Shown: one piece after another, positions 1-9,359 of the stretch | Numbering within the stretch: the first letter of the stretch is position 1 | How the letters are laid out: the number at the start of each line of letters is the position of its first letter | Source: an archaeon 13_2_20CM_2_53_6 | GTDB lineage: Archaea; Thermoproteota; Bathyarchaeia; 40CM-2-53-6 | Assembly: GCA_001915065.1 (NCBI GenBank) | Contig: MNDT01000019.1 | Coordinates: 1,264-65,263 of the forward strand | Direction: 5' to 3' | Length of the DNA stretch: 64,000 nt | Program-made: the position numbers and the translations under genes | The notes under the pieces: model-generated | Told to the model about the DNA's origin: nothing | Seen by the model: only the letters and a program-made list of their open reading frames with translations | Databases searched by the model: none

Positions 1-1086
1 TCTATAGAGGAACTGCGTCGCGCTATAGTCCAGGTTTGATGATGACGGTAGGCCAGCGATGTCCGGCAGTTGGCCCCCAACGTATTGTTCGGCGCTGACG
101 AGGGGTGCGAAATACTGGCCTTGAAAGGCGTCTGGGGGTAGTGAGTCGATGGGCGAAGCAACGTATACGGCGGGATAAGTTGCCAGGGTGTTTGTCAAGG
201 TGTAGTTATCTTTGAACCGGAACTCGTACGCGACGATGTCGTCAACTTTGACCTGTGCTGTGTTGAAGGACGAGGCGGGCTGGTTTGTCTGAGAATTGTA
301 GGGCGCGTTGCCGGCCTCTACTGTCAGTTGTTTCGATGCTACTGTTAGAGTTGCATGGAGGAGTGAGAGACTCAGCCCCTGGAGTGTGACTCCTGGACTC
401 CTTGGTGGAATTAGCGTTACGTTCCCGATCTGGTAGCTGGTCTTCAGAAAGGTCGTATTTCCACTTACTGAATAATCGTAGAACATGGATACATGGTCAA
501 TCATCGCGTATGATGCCGACATTCCTCCTCCATAGCCGTAGCCTGGTTGGGTAGCGTTGATCAGAATAGCCTGAATCGAACCGTATGTAATACCCCAGCC
601 ATAGTGAGGAGTTCCGTTGATGAGGGTCTTGTTCACCGGATGAGGCGTGAATGTCTGCGAGGCGTTCATTATCAGAGTATATCTCAACTCTGTCGTGCCC
701 GAGGTGTAGTTGGCGTCAAGGTAGCCGTTATTGTTCGTGTCGTTGTAGACTTCCATCGCGAGGAGCGCGTTGCCTACGAAAGCCCTGGAACCCGAGGAAG
801 TGTTGTATGCCTGGCCGACGAACGAGAAGACTGGTGAGTCTGCCTGGTTCGAGTGTAGAGCGAGAAACATCACATGTGTACCGTTGATGTTAATCCAAGA
901 ATACCAGAGTAATAGGGTGCCGCCAGCATAATATGGCACCTGGATGTCTCCGCTCGCATATTCCTGCGATAAGGGAATCGATGAAGACTGTGCTTTAGCC
1001 AAGCCGGGTGCTTGGAGGAACACGGTTGAAAACGCCACTAATGCCAGAAGGACGACGACGAGTATTCTTGACCTTCGCAAAGGCAT
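1..1086 (-). CDS. Secreted/surface protein of unknown function; 5' end present, C-terminus runs off the left edge
   Basis: Own translation of the minus strand. ATG at 1086-1084 gives a signal peptide, MPLRRSRILVVVLLALVAFSTVFLQAPGLAKA. The frame then stays open to position 1 and carries many N-x-S/T sequons. It is absent from the ORF track because it is edge-truncated. Confidence 0.55.
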   Translation of the reverse strand, partial: MPLRRSRILVVVLLALVAFSTVFLQAPGLAKAQSSSIPLSQEYASGDIQVPYYAGGTLLLWYSWININGTHVMFLALHSNQADSPVFSFVGQAYNTSSGSRAFVGNALLAMEVYNDTNNNGYLDANYTSGTTELRYTLIMNASQTFTPHPVNKTLINGTPHYGWGITYGSIQAILINATQPGYGYGGGMSASYAMIDHVSMFYDYSVSGNTTFLKTSYQIGNVTLIPPRSPGVTLQGLSLSLLHATLTVASKQLTVEAGNAPYNSQTNQPASSFNTAQVKVDDIVAYEFRFKDNYTLTNTLATYPAVYVASPIDSLPPDAFQGQYFAPLVSAEQYVGGQLPDIAGLPSSSNLDYSATQFLYR

Positions 1087-1166
1087 CGTTATTCAATATC
1101 GACGTCCCTCCATATAGTTCGATGCTGTTGAAGCATAGTTCGAGAGTGTCATACACGATTCGCATC

Positions 1167-1610
1167 TCAATGCCCAGGGAATCTCGGCTTGATCTTCCAG
1201 TCCTGCCATGTCTCGTACCAGAAGAGACCTGCGGAAGCGGCGTTGAGTAGCAGGGCTACTACAGCGAAAGGCGATGAAAGAAACCCTACAAGCAATGTAA
1301 AGTATAGAATTAAGGCAACGGTCATGACAGACGCGTACAACAAGTGGCGGGGCACGAAGACGCCTCTAATTATGGCGAAGTTTCTAACAAGGCCCACCCG
1401 AATACGAGTCTTTACCCGATAATTACCTAACGGCTCCTTCAAGATTAGCCCAGCAGCCTCAAGTTTCTGCAGGTGGAACAAAGCAGAACTCGGGCTCGCA
1501 AAGCCCATCGCATGCTGAATCTGACGCAACTGTATGTCATCCTTTGAGTGGGACTGGATATACACGTAGATGAGCATCGCTGTGTCTGAGAGCTTCAGGC
1601 CAGGCCCCAT
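1167..1610 (-). CDS. Membrane-tethered winged-helix DNA-binding protein (wHTH N-terminus plus 2 C-terminal TM helices)
   Basis: The N-terminus (LRQIQHAMGFASPSSALFHLQKLEAAGLI) looks like a wHTH. It is followed by two hydrophobic helices. Confidence 0.65.
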   Translation of the reverse strand: MGPGLKLSDTAMLIYVYIQSHSKDDIQLRQIQHAMGFASPSSALFHLQKLEAAGLILKEPLGNYRVKTRIRVGLVRNFAIIRGVFVPRHLLYASVMTVALILYFTLLVGFLSSPFAVVALLLNAASAGLFWYETWQDWKIKPRFPGH

Positions 1611-1721
1611 CTCTCTAAGGAAACCGAATCACAAACTCATTAGGATGACTCCCTGAGTTATAGTTCGATACTATCGAACCCCGGTTCAGGAACATCGAAT
1701 GCCACTTGGAGACAATTTGGA

Positions 1722-1874
1722 TTGAACGCAATTCCTCCAACCTATGCGCCTCCTCGTCCCCCGCCTGCTGGAAAACCGCTTACTAACCGCCAGAAATTAG
1801 CCCTAGTCGCGACGATTCTAGTCATAATCTCAGTGCTCGCGTTGTTAGTGTGGCTTGCTCAACATCATCTCTAG
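1722..1874 (+). CDS. Possible small proline-rich single-TM protein (50 aa, TTG start)
   Basis: Own translation: LNAIPPTYAPPRPPPAGKPLTNRQKLALVATILVIISVLALLVWLAQHHL. It falls below the ORF-track length cut-off. No homology is recognised. Confidence 0.25.
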   Translation: MNAIPPTYAPPRPPPAGKPLTNRQKLALVATILVIISVLALLVWLAQHHL

Positions 1875-2129
1875 CCGCTGGGCCAAAACCGTTCGTGCGT
1901 TCCAGGTCGCAAGCGGGCCTGGAGGCTAGTTGCCATGTCACCGAGATGAGGCTAATTGTGCTGACTAGTGTTCGATTGTGTCTTTGTTCCCACTGTCGAT
2001 ACGTATAGTGCCGGTCGGTGTCGTCCGTGATAAGCGGTGTACATGAATGCTTTATGCACGCGTGCATGTTAGATCCTTGGATACCGATTGCAGGTCCAGA
2101 GTTCGTTAGCTGGCGAATTAGGGAAGTGT

Positions 2130-2276
2130 ATGAGATGCACACTGGTTCACAGGCCGAGCGTTGGAGTATGCCTTGTCTGTGGGATCGCATTGTGTGAGAA
2201 GCACGCGTACCAAGACGGAGAAGAGATGGTCTGTTCGGATCATGTTTCCGACACGCTTCGGCAACAGCTGAAGTGA
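2130..2276 (+). CDS. Small zinc-finger protein (resembles archaeal DUF2180 / B-box-like)
   Basis: MRCTLVHRPSVGVCLVCGIALCEKHA has a CxxC...CxxC...CxxH pattern. I prefer the internal ATG at 2130 over the track start at 2088. Confidence 0.4.
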   Translation: MRCTLVHRPSVGVCLVCGIALCEKHAYQDGEEMVCSDHVSDTLRQQLK

Positions 2277-2609
2277 AAGATCTTCGCCGCGGTTTGGACT
2301 AGGACTCTGCTGACCGCTTGGAGGATCCGCCAGAAGTATACTGGAAAGGCTGTCGAGGCCCAACGAGAAGCTCGCGATCGAAGCAAGCACACTTGATAGA
2401 ATGATTGCTCGGCCAACAGAGTCACAGGCTGTTTGTTGATCCCGAATAGCATCCAACTTTAGATTATCCGATATTCACAACGTCAGGCTTCTCCGGGACG
2501 GCCTAGGACAAGAAATGTCCAAAAACACCAGTGGACTTAGGGGCTTTCTTAGATAATGGGTCGTAAGAATTCGTGATCTGAGAATAACATAGGAGGTGAA
2601 CTCGTAGTC

Positions 2610-3062
2610 ATGTCATCTTCAAAGCCCAGCCGTAAGAAGCTCTGGATTATTTTAGCGGTCGTGGTCGTTGCTGTGATTGTCGTCGCATCGGTTGCCTTCA
2701 TCACACGCCTACCCACCTTCGCCCCACCCGCACCGAGCGGACCCAACGTGACGATCTGGAATGGCACCTTCTGTTCGGACAGTGGAAACTGTGGATACGT
2801 CCCGACCGTCAAGAACGTCACAACAGGGACCACGGTCACTTGGACGAATACTGGTGGAATGACACACACCGTGACGACGTGCGACTCGGCTCACTACAAT
2901 TCAGCAGGCTGCCCGGCGCAGGATGCCGCCGGTCTCGACAGCTTCACTTCAGGCCCAATAGATTCAGGGAAGACTTTCTCGTACACGTTCACGACGACTG
3001 GAACGTACTACTACTATTGCACACCGCACCCGTGGATGCGAGGAGAGATAATAGTTGAATGA
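2610..3062 (+). CDS. Membrane-anchored type-1 (blue) copper protein, amicyanin-like cupredoxin
   Basis: N-terminal TM anchor. Copper ligands are MTHTV ... YYCTPHPWM (C-x2-H-x2-M, as in amicyanin CTPHPFM). AGGAGGTGA lies upstream. Confidence 0.85.
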   Translation: MSSSKPSRKKLWIILAVVVVAVIVVASVAFITRLPTFAPPAPSGPNVTIWNGTFCSDSGNCGYVPTVKNVTTGTTVTWTNTGGMTHTVTTCDSAHYNSAGCPAQDAAGLDSFTSGPIDSGKTFSYTFTTTGTYYYYCTPHPWMRGEIIVE

Positions 3063-3162
3063 GTCGGACAGAGCCGGAAGAGAGTCCGGTTCATCCGTCA
3101 AGAACGAACCTACACAACCCCCTTTCCCCCGAGTTTTCAGATACCCTCGGCCTTCGAATGAT

Positions 3163-3618
3163 CTAGTCTTTCGTGTTTTGAACGTGAAGTTGCTTTCTTG
3201 GGCCTTCGGCGGCTTTTGCGATCTTGTCGAGCGCTTCCTTGGTGCCCTCTTCGAGGCGGGACCTCACAAATTCCTGCGCAAAAACAGGAATTTCGGAAAA
3301 TTGAATATCCCATGAAACCTCAATCTTCGTCTTCCTCGCTCCCAGCGGAATCAGCTCGATCTCCCTTGACCCTCGCAACGGTCCATCAATCATAATCATC
3401 TGTATCGACTCCTTCGGTACTAGCTCGATTCTCTGCGTACCTTTTCTTCCCATGAATCCAACCACGACCTCGCGCTCGACCAGATTAACCTCCTTCCGAA
3501 TGTTGCGGATCGAGGCCAACCCACTCCAATATTCAGGGTCCCGGTCCACATCAGAGACAATGTCCCATACAACATCCCGGGACGCGTCTACTTCGCGGAT
3601 ATCATTGATTGTCACCAT
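3163..3618 (-). CDS. SRPBCC / polyketide-cyclase-like (START fold) protein
   Basis: About 150 aa. The N-terminal motif (VDASRDVVWDIVSDVDRDPEYW) is typical of the family. Confidence 0.7.
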   Translation of the reverse strand: MVTINDIREVDASRDVVWDIVSDVDRDPEYWSGLASIRNIRKEVNLVEREVVVGFMGRKGTQRIELVPKESIQMIMIDGPLRGSREIELIPLGARKTKIEVSWDIQFSEIPVFAQEFVRSRLEEGTKEALDKIAKAAEGPRKQLHVQNTKD

Positions 3619-3825
3619 AGGATCGTCTCCATACCCCTAGCCGCTTCATAATATGGGCTTACGGGAGAAAGGCCACACCGTAACGGAAGTATTTGTGAAG
3701 CCAGAACACTGGCCTGCAAGCTCGAGAAGCCACAAGGTCCTCGCCGTTCCTAAGTCGATCCCCAACGACTCTCGCGTTTTTGGACATTTATAGGAAAGAG
3801 AAGGAAGTGGCCGGACTGAAGCCGC

Positions 3826-4776
3826 TTGTCGGTCCGGGACAAAGCGTACTCGGATCTCATGAGAGAGCTCTGGGGCTCGCCCGACGTCTGGAACGCTAAG
3901 AAGTCATACGTTGAAATCGCTTCGAAACTAGGCGTAGACGAGGAGACGGTCAGAAACAGGATCAAGCACCTTAGAGACAGCGGATTCCTGCTCGGCTATC
4001 GAGTCGTCCCGAACCCCGCCCTGCTCGGACGCGCGTTTGCCTCGCTTCGCATCGAGTTCAAAGACCGAGACTCTAAGCAGGCGGCAATCCCACGACTCGC
4101 CCAGACGAGTGGCGTCATCAACATCGGCAGCACCTACGACAGGAGCGTGCTGGTTACACTGTTTGCCGATGAAAACCAGGATTTCCCAAAGCTCATAGCT
4201 GATATGGGGATCAACGGCCAAATCTCATTAGTGCCCGGGCTCGGGCTTAGGACGACCAGCTTTCGCATGACCGGCCTGGACTGGGAGATAGTCCGCCTCC
4301 TGTTGAGAGACGCTGAGAGGAAGCTGGACGAGATAGCCAAGCAGCTCAATGTCTCCGCAAGGACCGTCAAACGGAGGCTCAACATGATGATGGAAGATGC
4401 GGCAATCTTTGCTATGCCCGTAGTTGATCTGAGAAAAACTGAGGGGATATCCTATCAGCTCAGGGTTCAGATTGAACCAGGTAAGAAATCCCAAGTGGAG
4501 AAACTTGTTGCCGCGAAGATAGGCAATGTTGTATTCCAAGCCTCTGATTCACAGAACGGTTCTATCTTTGGCTTTACTGGCGCAAACGTTGCTGAGGGAA
4601 ACGAGATTCTCGAATGGGTCAAAGACCAGCCCGGGGTTGAATCTGCGACTATGAATATTGCAGAGAGCGTGGTGCATGCCTTCGACTGGCTGGAAGGTGA
4701 GGTCGCTAAACGTATACCGGCTCGTCAGGTTCAGCGGAACTCTGACGGTAAGAGAGAACGGACAATAACGGTGTAG
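3826..4776 (+). CDS. Tandem (double) Lrp/AsnC-type transcription regulator
   Basis: Two HTH_AsnC-like units (IASKLGVDEETVRNRIKHLRDSGFLLGY and IAKQLNVSARTVKRRLNMMMED), each followed by a ligand-domain-like segment. TTG start. Confidence 0.8.
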   Translation: MSVRDKAYSDLMRELWGSPDVWNAKKSYVEIASKLGVDEETVRNRIKHLRDSGFLLGYRVVPNPALLGRAFASLRIEFKDRDSKQAAIPRLAQTSGVINIGSTYDRSVLVTLFADENQDFPKLIADMGINGQISLVPGLGLRTTSFRMTGLDWEIVRLLLRDAERKLDEIAKQLNVSARTVKRRLNMMMEDAAIFAMPVVDLRKTEGISYQLRVQIEPGKKSQVEKLVAAKIGNVVFQASDSQNGSIFGFTGANVAEGNEILEWVKDQPGVESATMNIAESVVHAFDWLEGEVAKRIPARQVQRNSDGKRERTITV

Positions 4777-4787
4777 TAGTCGAGGCG

Positions 4788-5186
4788 CTAGACCTGGGGT
4801 CCAGTTCCTGTAGCGGGCTGTTCTCGGGAATGGTAGTTTAATCGCATTGACATGAAGGTTCCCGAAACCACCATTCCGTAAATTCCAACAGCGACCAATA
4901 GATGGACCCACGCGACTGCTAGATTGCTAGTGTTGAGGGTGAGGAATCCGAGGATTATCTGGACCACGATCGCAAGAACCAAGCCTATCGAGAGGCCTTG
5001 CAGTGGCCTGAACGGTGGCTTCGAGGTCTGAGCAACGATTAAGGTGACTATTGCGAGTGCTAGGACTATGAACCCAGTAATTGCGTGAGGTATCCATGAG
5101 ATATAGTCGAATGTTAGGAGTCCGCCGAGCGCGATCTGGATGAATACGAGGATCATTGTCACCCGAAACAGGTCTCGAACTTTCAT
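4788..5186 (-). CDS. 4-TM COX15/CtaA-like protein (candidate compact heme A synthase)
   Basis: Four TM helices, an FIQIALGGLLT motif in TM1, and single His residues in TM2 (WIPHAITGF) and TM4 (AWVHLLVAV). This resembles half-size archaeal CtaA. Confidence 0.45.
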   Translation of the reverse strand: MKVRDLFRVTMILVFIQIALGGLLTFDYISWIPHAITGFIVLALAIVTLIVAQTSKPPFRPLQGLSIGLVLAIVVQIILGFLTLNTSNLAVAWVHLLVAVGIYGMVVSGTFMSMRLNYHSREQPATGTGPQV

Positions 5187-5419
5187 TCTGCCTGCCTTTG
5201 CCTTTTGCGCAACCAGATTTAGCTTTAACTCATCCCCTAAGCTTGTTCGCGTTCTTGGACAATTTCCTAGGAGATGTCGTCAGGGGCCTCTGATCGTCGG
5301 ATCCTGGCACTGTAGGCCCAACGCTTCCTGAGAAGCATCGAAGGGTCTCTAGCGAGCTGTCCAGAAACGCGACTAGTCTTAGGACTTCGCTTAGATAATC
5401 CAGGCTAATAGTTAGTTCC

Positions 5420-5779
5420 ATGGGAACAGAAATGGAAAATGGCGATTATCGGAGGAGTGGGCAGAGGTGGACCCTTGTCTGGGTAGGAGTCTTCTTGGTA
5501 GCCATCACAACAGTAGTCGTTGCCCGCCTGCTGGTTCAGCCTGTGGGTTATCCATGGTATCCTTTCGGCTTCGGCTGGATCTGGATCCCCTTCGCATTCT
5601 TCTTCCTCTTCTTTGTGCTAAGATGGTTCTTCTGGCCGTGGGGATGGGGCTACGGTCGTGGACACTGGACCGGTGACAATGCCTACTCCATACTGAGAGA
5701 GAGGTTCGCCCGGGGAGAGATCACCAAGGAAGAGTTCGAGCACATGACACGCAACTTGCAAGAGCACGAAGGGACATGA
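5420..5779 (+). CDS. SHOCT-domain membrane protein
   Basis: Trp/Phe-rich TM region and a C-terminal ILRERFARGEITKEEFEHM (SHOCT). Confidence 0.7.
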   Translation: MGTEMENGDYRRSGQRWTLVWVGVFLVAITTVVVARLLVQPVGYPWYPFGFGWIWIPFAFFFLFFVLRWFFWPWGWGYGRGHWTGDNAYSILRERFARGEITKEEFEHMTRNLQEHEGT

Positions 5780-6177
5780 GCGTGAATCCCAATGCCAGAG
5801 TCTTACTCACAGCAATTCTCGAACTGATAGTTGGCGGAGTCGTCGTGCTCGGCGGTGCTGCCCTGATCAGCTTCTCGGTTGATGCCACGGGCAAAGCCCT
5901 AGGGGTCATTCACGGGGCATTGGGGCTGGTGGGGCTCTCCGCAGGCGTACTACTGCTGGCAAAGAAGGGTATGGTGTGGACTCTGACTGTCTGGACTAAC
6001 GTGTTGATCATCGTGTTCAGCACTGCATCCGAAGTCGCTCTGTTCGGTGCGGGCTCTCTTCCAAGCGACCAATTTGTCGATTCGATAACTGGCACGGCCT
6101 TGGCCATTGTCATCACCGCGGTGGTCATCGTTCTACTGATGAAGCCTGATCTGAAAGTGTTCCTGCGGAAACGGTAG
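5776..6177 (+). CDS. 4-TM membrane protein, translationally coupled to the SHOCT gene
   Basis: ATGA start/stop overlap at 5776-5779. Four hydrophobic helices. Confidence 0.6.
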   Translation: MSVNPNARVLLTAILELIVGGVVVLGGAALISFSVDATGKALGVIHGALGLVGLSAGVLLLAKKGMVWTLTVWTNVLIIVFSTASEVALFGAGSLPSDQFVDSITGTALAIVITAVVIVLLMKPDLKVFLRKR

Positions 6178-6246
6178 GGAAAAGCTCCCCCTCTCTTTGA
6201 TACGAGCAAGAGATGACTGAAGTCTAGTAATAACTTGAGGATTTCT

Positions 6247-6645
6247 CTATCGGAGTGCCGGTGATCCCGAGGGGCGGATCATAGAAGCCTTGTCTGCACT
6301 GTCGGCGAAGCTGATCAGGTACGTCACGATAACGGCCAGCAGGAACGCGTTCGTAAGATGCACTACGACGATAACACCTGGCCCAAGGACAAGAGCGAAA
6401 ACCCCCAGAACTACTTGAACTACATAGTCGGCTATAGATGCTATGCCTACTCTGAACAGCGTGGATCTTGAGCCATATTCTCTCACCGCATAGACTGTCG
6501 CAACGATGAGCACTACGAATGTCAAGATTCCCCAAACTAAGTGATAGATGACCGGAAACTGCAGGACTGTAGCACTACCTCCTAGGATGACTTGGACGAA
6601 CAGCATCATCCCGACAAGGTTCGCCAAGGTCCGACTGGGCTTCAT
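6247..6645 (-). CDS. 4-TM COX15/CtaA-like protein, paralogue of 4788..5186
   Basis: Same architecture as the paralogue: FVQVILGGSAT motif, His in TM2 (VIYHLVWGI) and TM4 (VVVHLTNAF). Confidence 0.45.
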   Translation of the reverse strand: MKPSRTLANLVGMMLFVQVILGGSATVLQFPVIYHLVWGILTFVVLIVATVYAVREYGSRSTLFRVGIASIADYVVQVVLGVFALVLGPGVIVVVHLTNAFLLAVIVTYLISFADSADKASMIRPSGSPALR

Positions 6646-6851
6646 GGTCCTAAGCCTGCCTTGCGTCAGCTAATAAATTGTGACGGGTCAAGATCGGGTA
6701 TGTCCGGAAACTTCCGCCTTTCTGTCTGGTTTGGCCCGCAAACACTGATTTTTCTTCGAAGCCCGAGAACTAAGTCTTGACTTGGGTTTGTTAGCGAGAA
6801 TGGTTAATACTCGAATCTAGGCTTCGAAAGGTCGATTTCAGGCTTCGCCAG

Positions 6852-7289
6852 GTGGCTCGCGCGATATTCGTCGCAATTCGAAGATTGCAATTCACAGCTT
6901 TGCTGTCTTGGAGAGCCATCTATTCAGCGGTCAAGGACAAGGAGCAGTCGGTTCAGCCGATCTATGGCGAGAGGTATCTTAGACGGCTACTCTGGTATCT
7001 TCTGGGCGGGACCCGTGGAGGGCCAAGCAGGGCTGAGATTCTCAAAGCTCTTCGCGAAAGGCCCTTGAATGCAAACCAGCTTGCTGGGGTTGTCCGTTTG
7101 GATTACAAGACGATCGAGCATCATCTGCGGGTCCTTGAAGAGAATGGTCTGGTGACCTCTTCAGAGAAGGGGGCGTATGGCGCGGTCCTGTTTCTCACGC
7201 CAACAATTGAGCAAGCGTGGCCGCTGGTGGAGGAGATTTGGGGCAGAATTGGAAGAACCAAGATAAGAGAAGCAGAAAGGAGAGAATAG
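6852..7289 (+). CDS. ArsR-like winged-helix regulator
   Basis: RAEILKALRERPLNANQLAGVVRLDYKTIEHHLRVLEENGLV. The start codon is uncertain; the track uses GTG at 6852. Confidence 0.7.
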   Translation: MARAIFVAIRRLQFTALLSWRAIYSAVKDKEQSVQPIYGERYLRRLLWYLLGGTRGGPSRAEILKALRERPLNANQLAGVVRLDYKTIEHHLRVLEENGLVTSSEKGAYGAVLFLTPTIEQAWPLVEEIWGRIGRTKIREAERRE

Positions 7290-7301
7290 AGGAATCAGAG
7301 T

Positions 7302-7598
7302 TTGAGCTTGGCGTTGTGGCTCGCGGCCGTAGTGGCCTTTGTTAACATAGCTATGACGCTGGTCCTCCTTGGAATCTATCTGGGGACCTATAGAAAGATC
7401 AGGTCCTCTTTCACCATGGGCCTCGTCCTCTTCGGAATGTTCTTTGTTGTCCTGAACTTGGCGATTCTGGTGTTCTGGCTCTTCCTCTACCAGAACTCTG
7501 CAGTAGCTCTCGTTGACCAAGCGTCATTCTACATGCTCCTCGTCAATATTGGAGAAGCACTCGCGTTGGCAAACCTGTTAAGAGTGACCTGGAAATAG
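7302..7598 (+). CDS. 3-TM membrane protein downstream of the ArsR-like gene
   Basis: Hydrophobic 98-aa ORF with a TTG start, 12 nt after the regulator's stop and in the same frame. Confidence 0.55.
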   Translation: MSLALWLAAVVAFVNIAMTLVLLGIYLGTYRKIRSSFTMGLVLFGMFFVVLNLAILVFWLFLYQNSAVALVDQASFYMLLVNIGEALALANLLRVTWK

Positions 7599-7738
7599 AC
7601 CGGTCTGCTAGAGCTGGCGCGATACATTTAGCTCGTGCAAGCTTGATCTTTCTCTGGATAGAATCTGGAACGAAAACTGGTATGATCTGGGAAAACCGTT
7701 AAAAGCGATTTTCTTGGAACGGAGCTTCAAGATTTTTC

Positions 7739-8044
7739 TTGAAAGGAGATAAGAAGGCTGAGAAAGAGTCTGAAGCCGGACAAGACGGCATTTCTCGAAG
7801 AGAATTCCTCAAGTACGGAGCGGGAGTCGCAGTAGTCGCGGTCGGAGCCACGGCCCTGATGGGTAAGATTCCACTCCCCTCAGAACAACCCAAGAAGACC
7901 CCTCCCGCAAACGACGGTTCAGAGCCGATCGTAGCCACGGTATCGGGAGATCAGGTGACCGTGATGAATGGACAGGTCATAGTCAAGACAAAGGACTCTG
8001 GCCTGGCCGCACTCATCGCCGAAAAAGTCAACAGCGGAGACTAA
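7739..8044 (+). CDS. Small protein with twin-arginine (Tat) signal
   Basis: SRREFLKYGAGVAVVAVGATAL. It ends at a TAA that is in frame with the DUF4331 ORF 3 nt downstream. Confidence 0.55.
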   Translation: MKGDKKAEKESEAGQDGISRREFLKYGAGVAVVAVGATALMGKIPLPSEQPKKTPPANDGSEPIVATVSGDQVTVMNGQVIVKTKDSGLAALIAEKVNSGD

Positions 8045-8047
8045 CTC

Positions 8048-8704
8048 TTGACATCTCACCGAGAGGCTCCCAAGATCTCGAAGGACCCTGTGGCTGACAA
8101 TACCGACCTCTACGCCTTCGTCAGCCCAGACAAGCCCGACACCGTCACGATCCTCGCAAACTATGTGCCACTGGAGGAACCCGCGGGCGGCCCAAACTTC
8201 AACGCATTTGGAGATGATGTGCTCTACGAGATAATAATCGACAACAACGGTGATGGAATCGAGGACATCACCTACCAGTTCCGGTTCAAGACGAAGATAG
8301 GAAACCCGGACACCTTCCTCTACAACACAGGACCGATCAGCTCTCTCTCCGACTCGTCATGGAACGTCAAGCAGTTCTACTCGGTCACAAAGGTTCGCGG
8401 ACCGAGACGATCCGGCTCGTCAACCGTGCTTGGCAACAATCTCCCGACTCCACCGGTCAACATCGGACCAAGGTCAACCCCGAACTATACTGACCTAGCG
8501 AATGCGGCGGTCAATACTCTAAGCGATGGGTCGAACGTGTTCGCGGGGCAGCGAGACGAGGCGTTCTATGTCGACTTGGGGGCGAGATTTGACCTGGGGA
8601 CACTCAGACCATTCCAGACTCTTCATCTCATGCTCCGTGGTTGGGATCTGGGCGTCGGCCAGTCGACGCAAAGCGACGATTCTATCCGGCGATGGCGACG
8701 ATGA
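8048..8704 (+). CDS. DUF4331-family protein, N-terminal fragment (frame lost after about 8635)
   Basis: TSHREAPKISKDPVADNTDLYAFVSPDKPDTVTILANYVPLEEPAGGPNF ... GQRDEAFYVDLGARFDLGTLRPF is the hallmark DUF4331 N-terminus. Confidence 0.75.
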   Translation: MTSHREAPKISKDPVADNTDLYAFVSPDKPDTVTILANYVPLEEPAGGPNFNAFGDDVLYEIIIDNNGDGIEDITYQFRFKTKIGNPDTFLYNTGPISSLSDSSWNVKQFYSVTKVRGPRRSGSSTVLGNNLPTPPVNIGPRSTPNYTDLANAAVNTLSDGSNVFAGQRDEAFYVDLGARFDLGTLRPFQTLHLMLRGWDLGVGQSTQSDDSIRRWRR

Positions 8705-9359
8705 TGATGACGGTGGGCCCGACGATGATGCTTCTCCAGGATTCCAGACCGGACCCTTCACGCAGGTATCCAGGCTCGGAATGCCTCTCATCAACGAGGT
8801 AGTCATACCCCTCGGAAAGAAGGATCTCTGGAACATGGTGCATCCCCGTTTCGACTCGCAGTTCCTCGCCTACTACCAGACTCCGGAACTCCAGAAGCTC
8901 CTCCCAGTCCTCTACCCCGGGGTCTTCCTTAACCTTGCCGCCTACAGCAAGGCCAGAGCAGACCTCGTCGCGATCCTCCTAACAGGCATACCAACGGGAA
9001 TAATTTCTGGCTTCCAAAACTTCACAGGCGCACTCCAGGCCGACTATCTACGCCTCAACATGGCGATTCCACCAAACACCAGCAACCCAAGCAGGCTTGG
9101 CATCGTTGGAGGAGATCTCGCCGGATTCCCCAACGGGCGCAGGGTCCTAGACGACGTGATCGACATAGAACTCAGAGCCATCGCCGGGGCGACCCTTCCA
9201 CTGGTCGACAACGCGTTCACTCCAGACGGAGCAGCAGGCTTGGTGGCTGACGGAGTCGATTCCAACCCAGTACAATCCCCGAACTCGACACCCTTCCTGT
9301 CAACGTTCCCGTATCTGCCCCATCCAGTAGCCGGATACGAACATTCCCACGACCCGTAG
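8526..9359 (+). CDS. DUF4331-family protein, C-terminal fragment (family-like from about 8750)
   Basis: GPFTQVSRLGMPLINEVVIPLGKKDLWN ... PELQKLL ... FPNGRRVLDDVIDIELR is typical of the DUF4331 C-terminal half, in a different frame from 8048..8704. Confidence 0.75.
   Translation: MGRTCSRGSETRRSMSTWGRDLTWGHSDHSRLFISCSVVGIWASASRRKATILSGDGDDDDDGGPDDDASPGFQTGPFTQVSRLGMPLINEVVIPLGKKDLWNMVHPRFDSQFLAYYQTPELQKLLPVLYPGVFLNLAAYSKARADLVAILLTGIPTGIISGFQNFTGALQADYLRLNMAIPPNTSNPSRLGIVGGDLAGFPNGRRVLDDVIDIELRAIAGATLPLVDNAFTPDGAAGLVADGVDSNPVQSPNSTPFLSTFPYLPHPVAGYEHSHDP

Noticed and set aside
1822-2456. Minus-strand ORFs 1822..2190, 2118..2456 and 2240..2452.
   Set aside because: They overlap each other and have Ser/Arg/Cys-rich composition without motifs. 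They also conflict with a plausible plus-strand zinc-finger ORF. They are not supported as genes.
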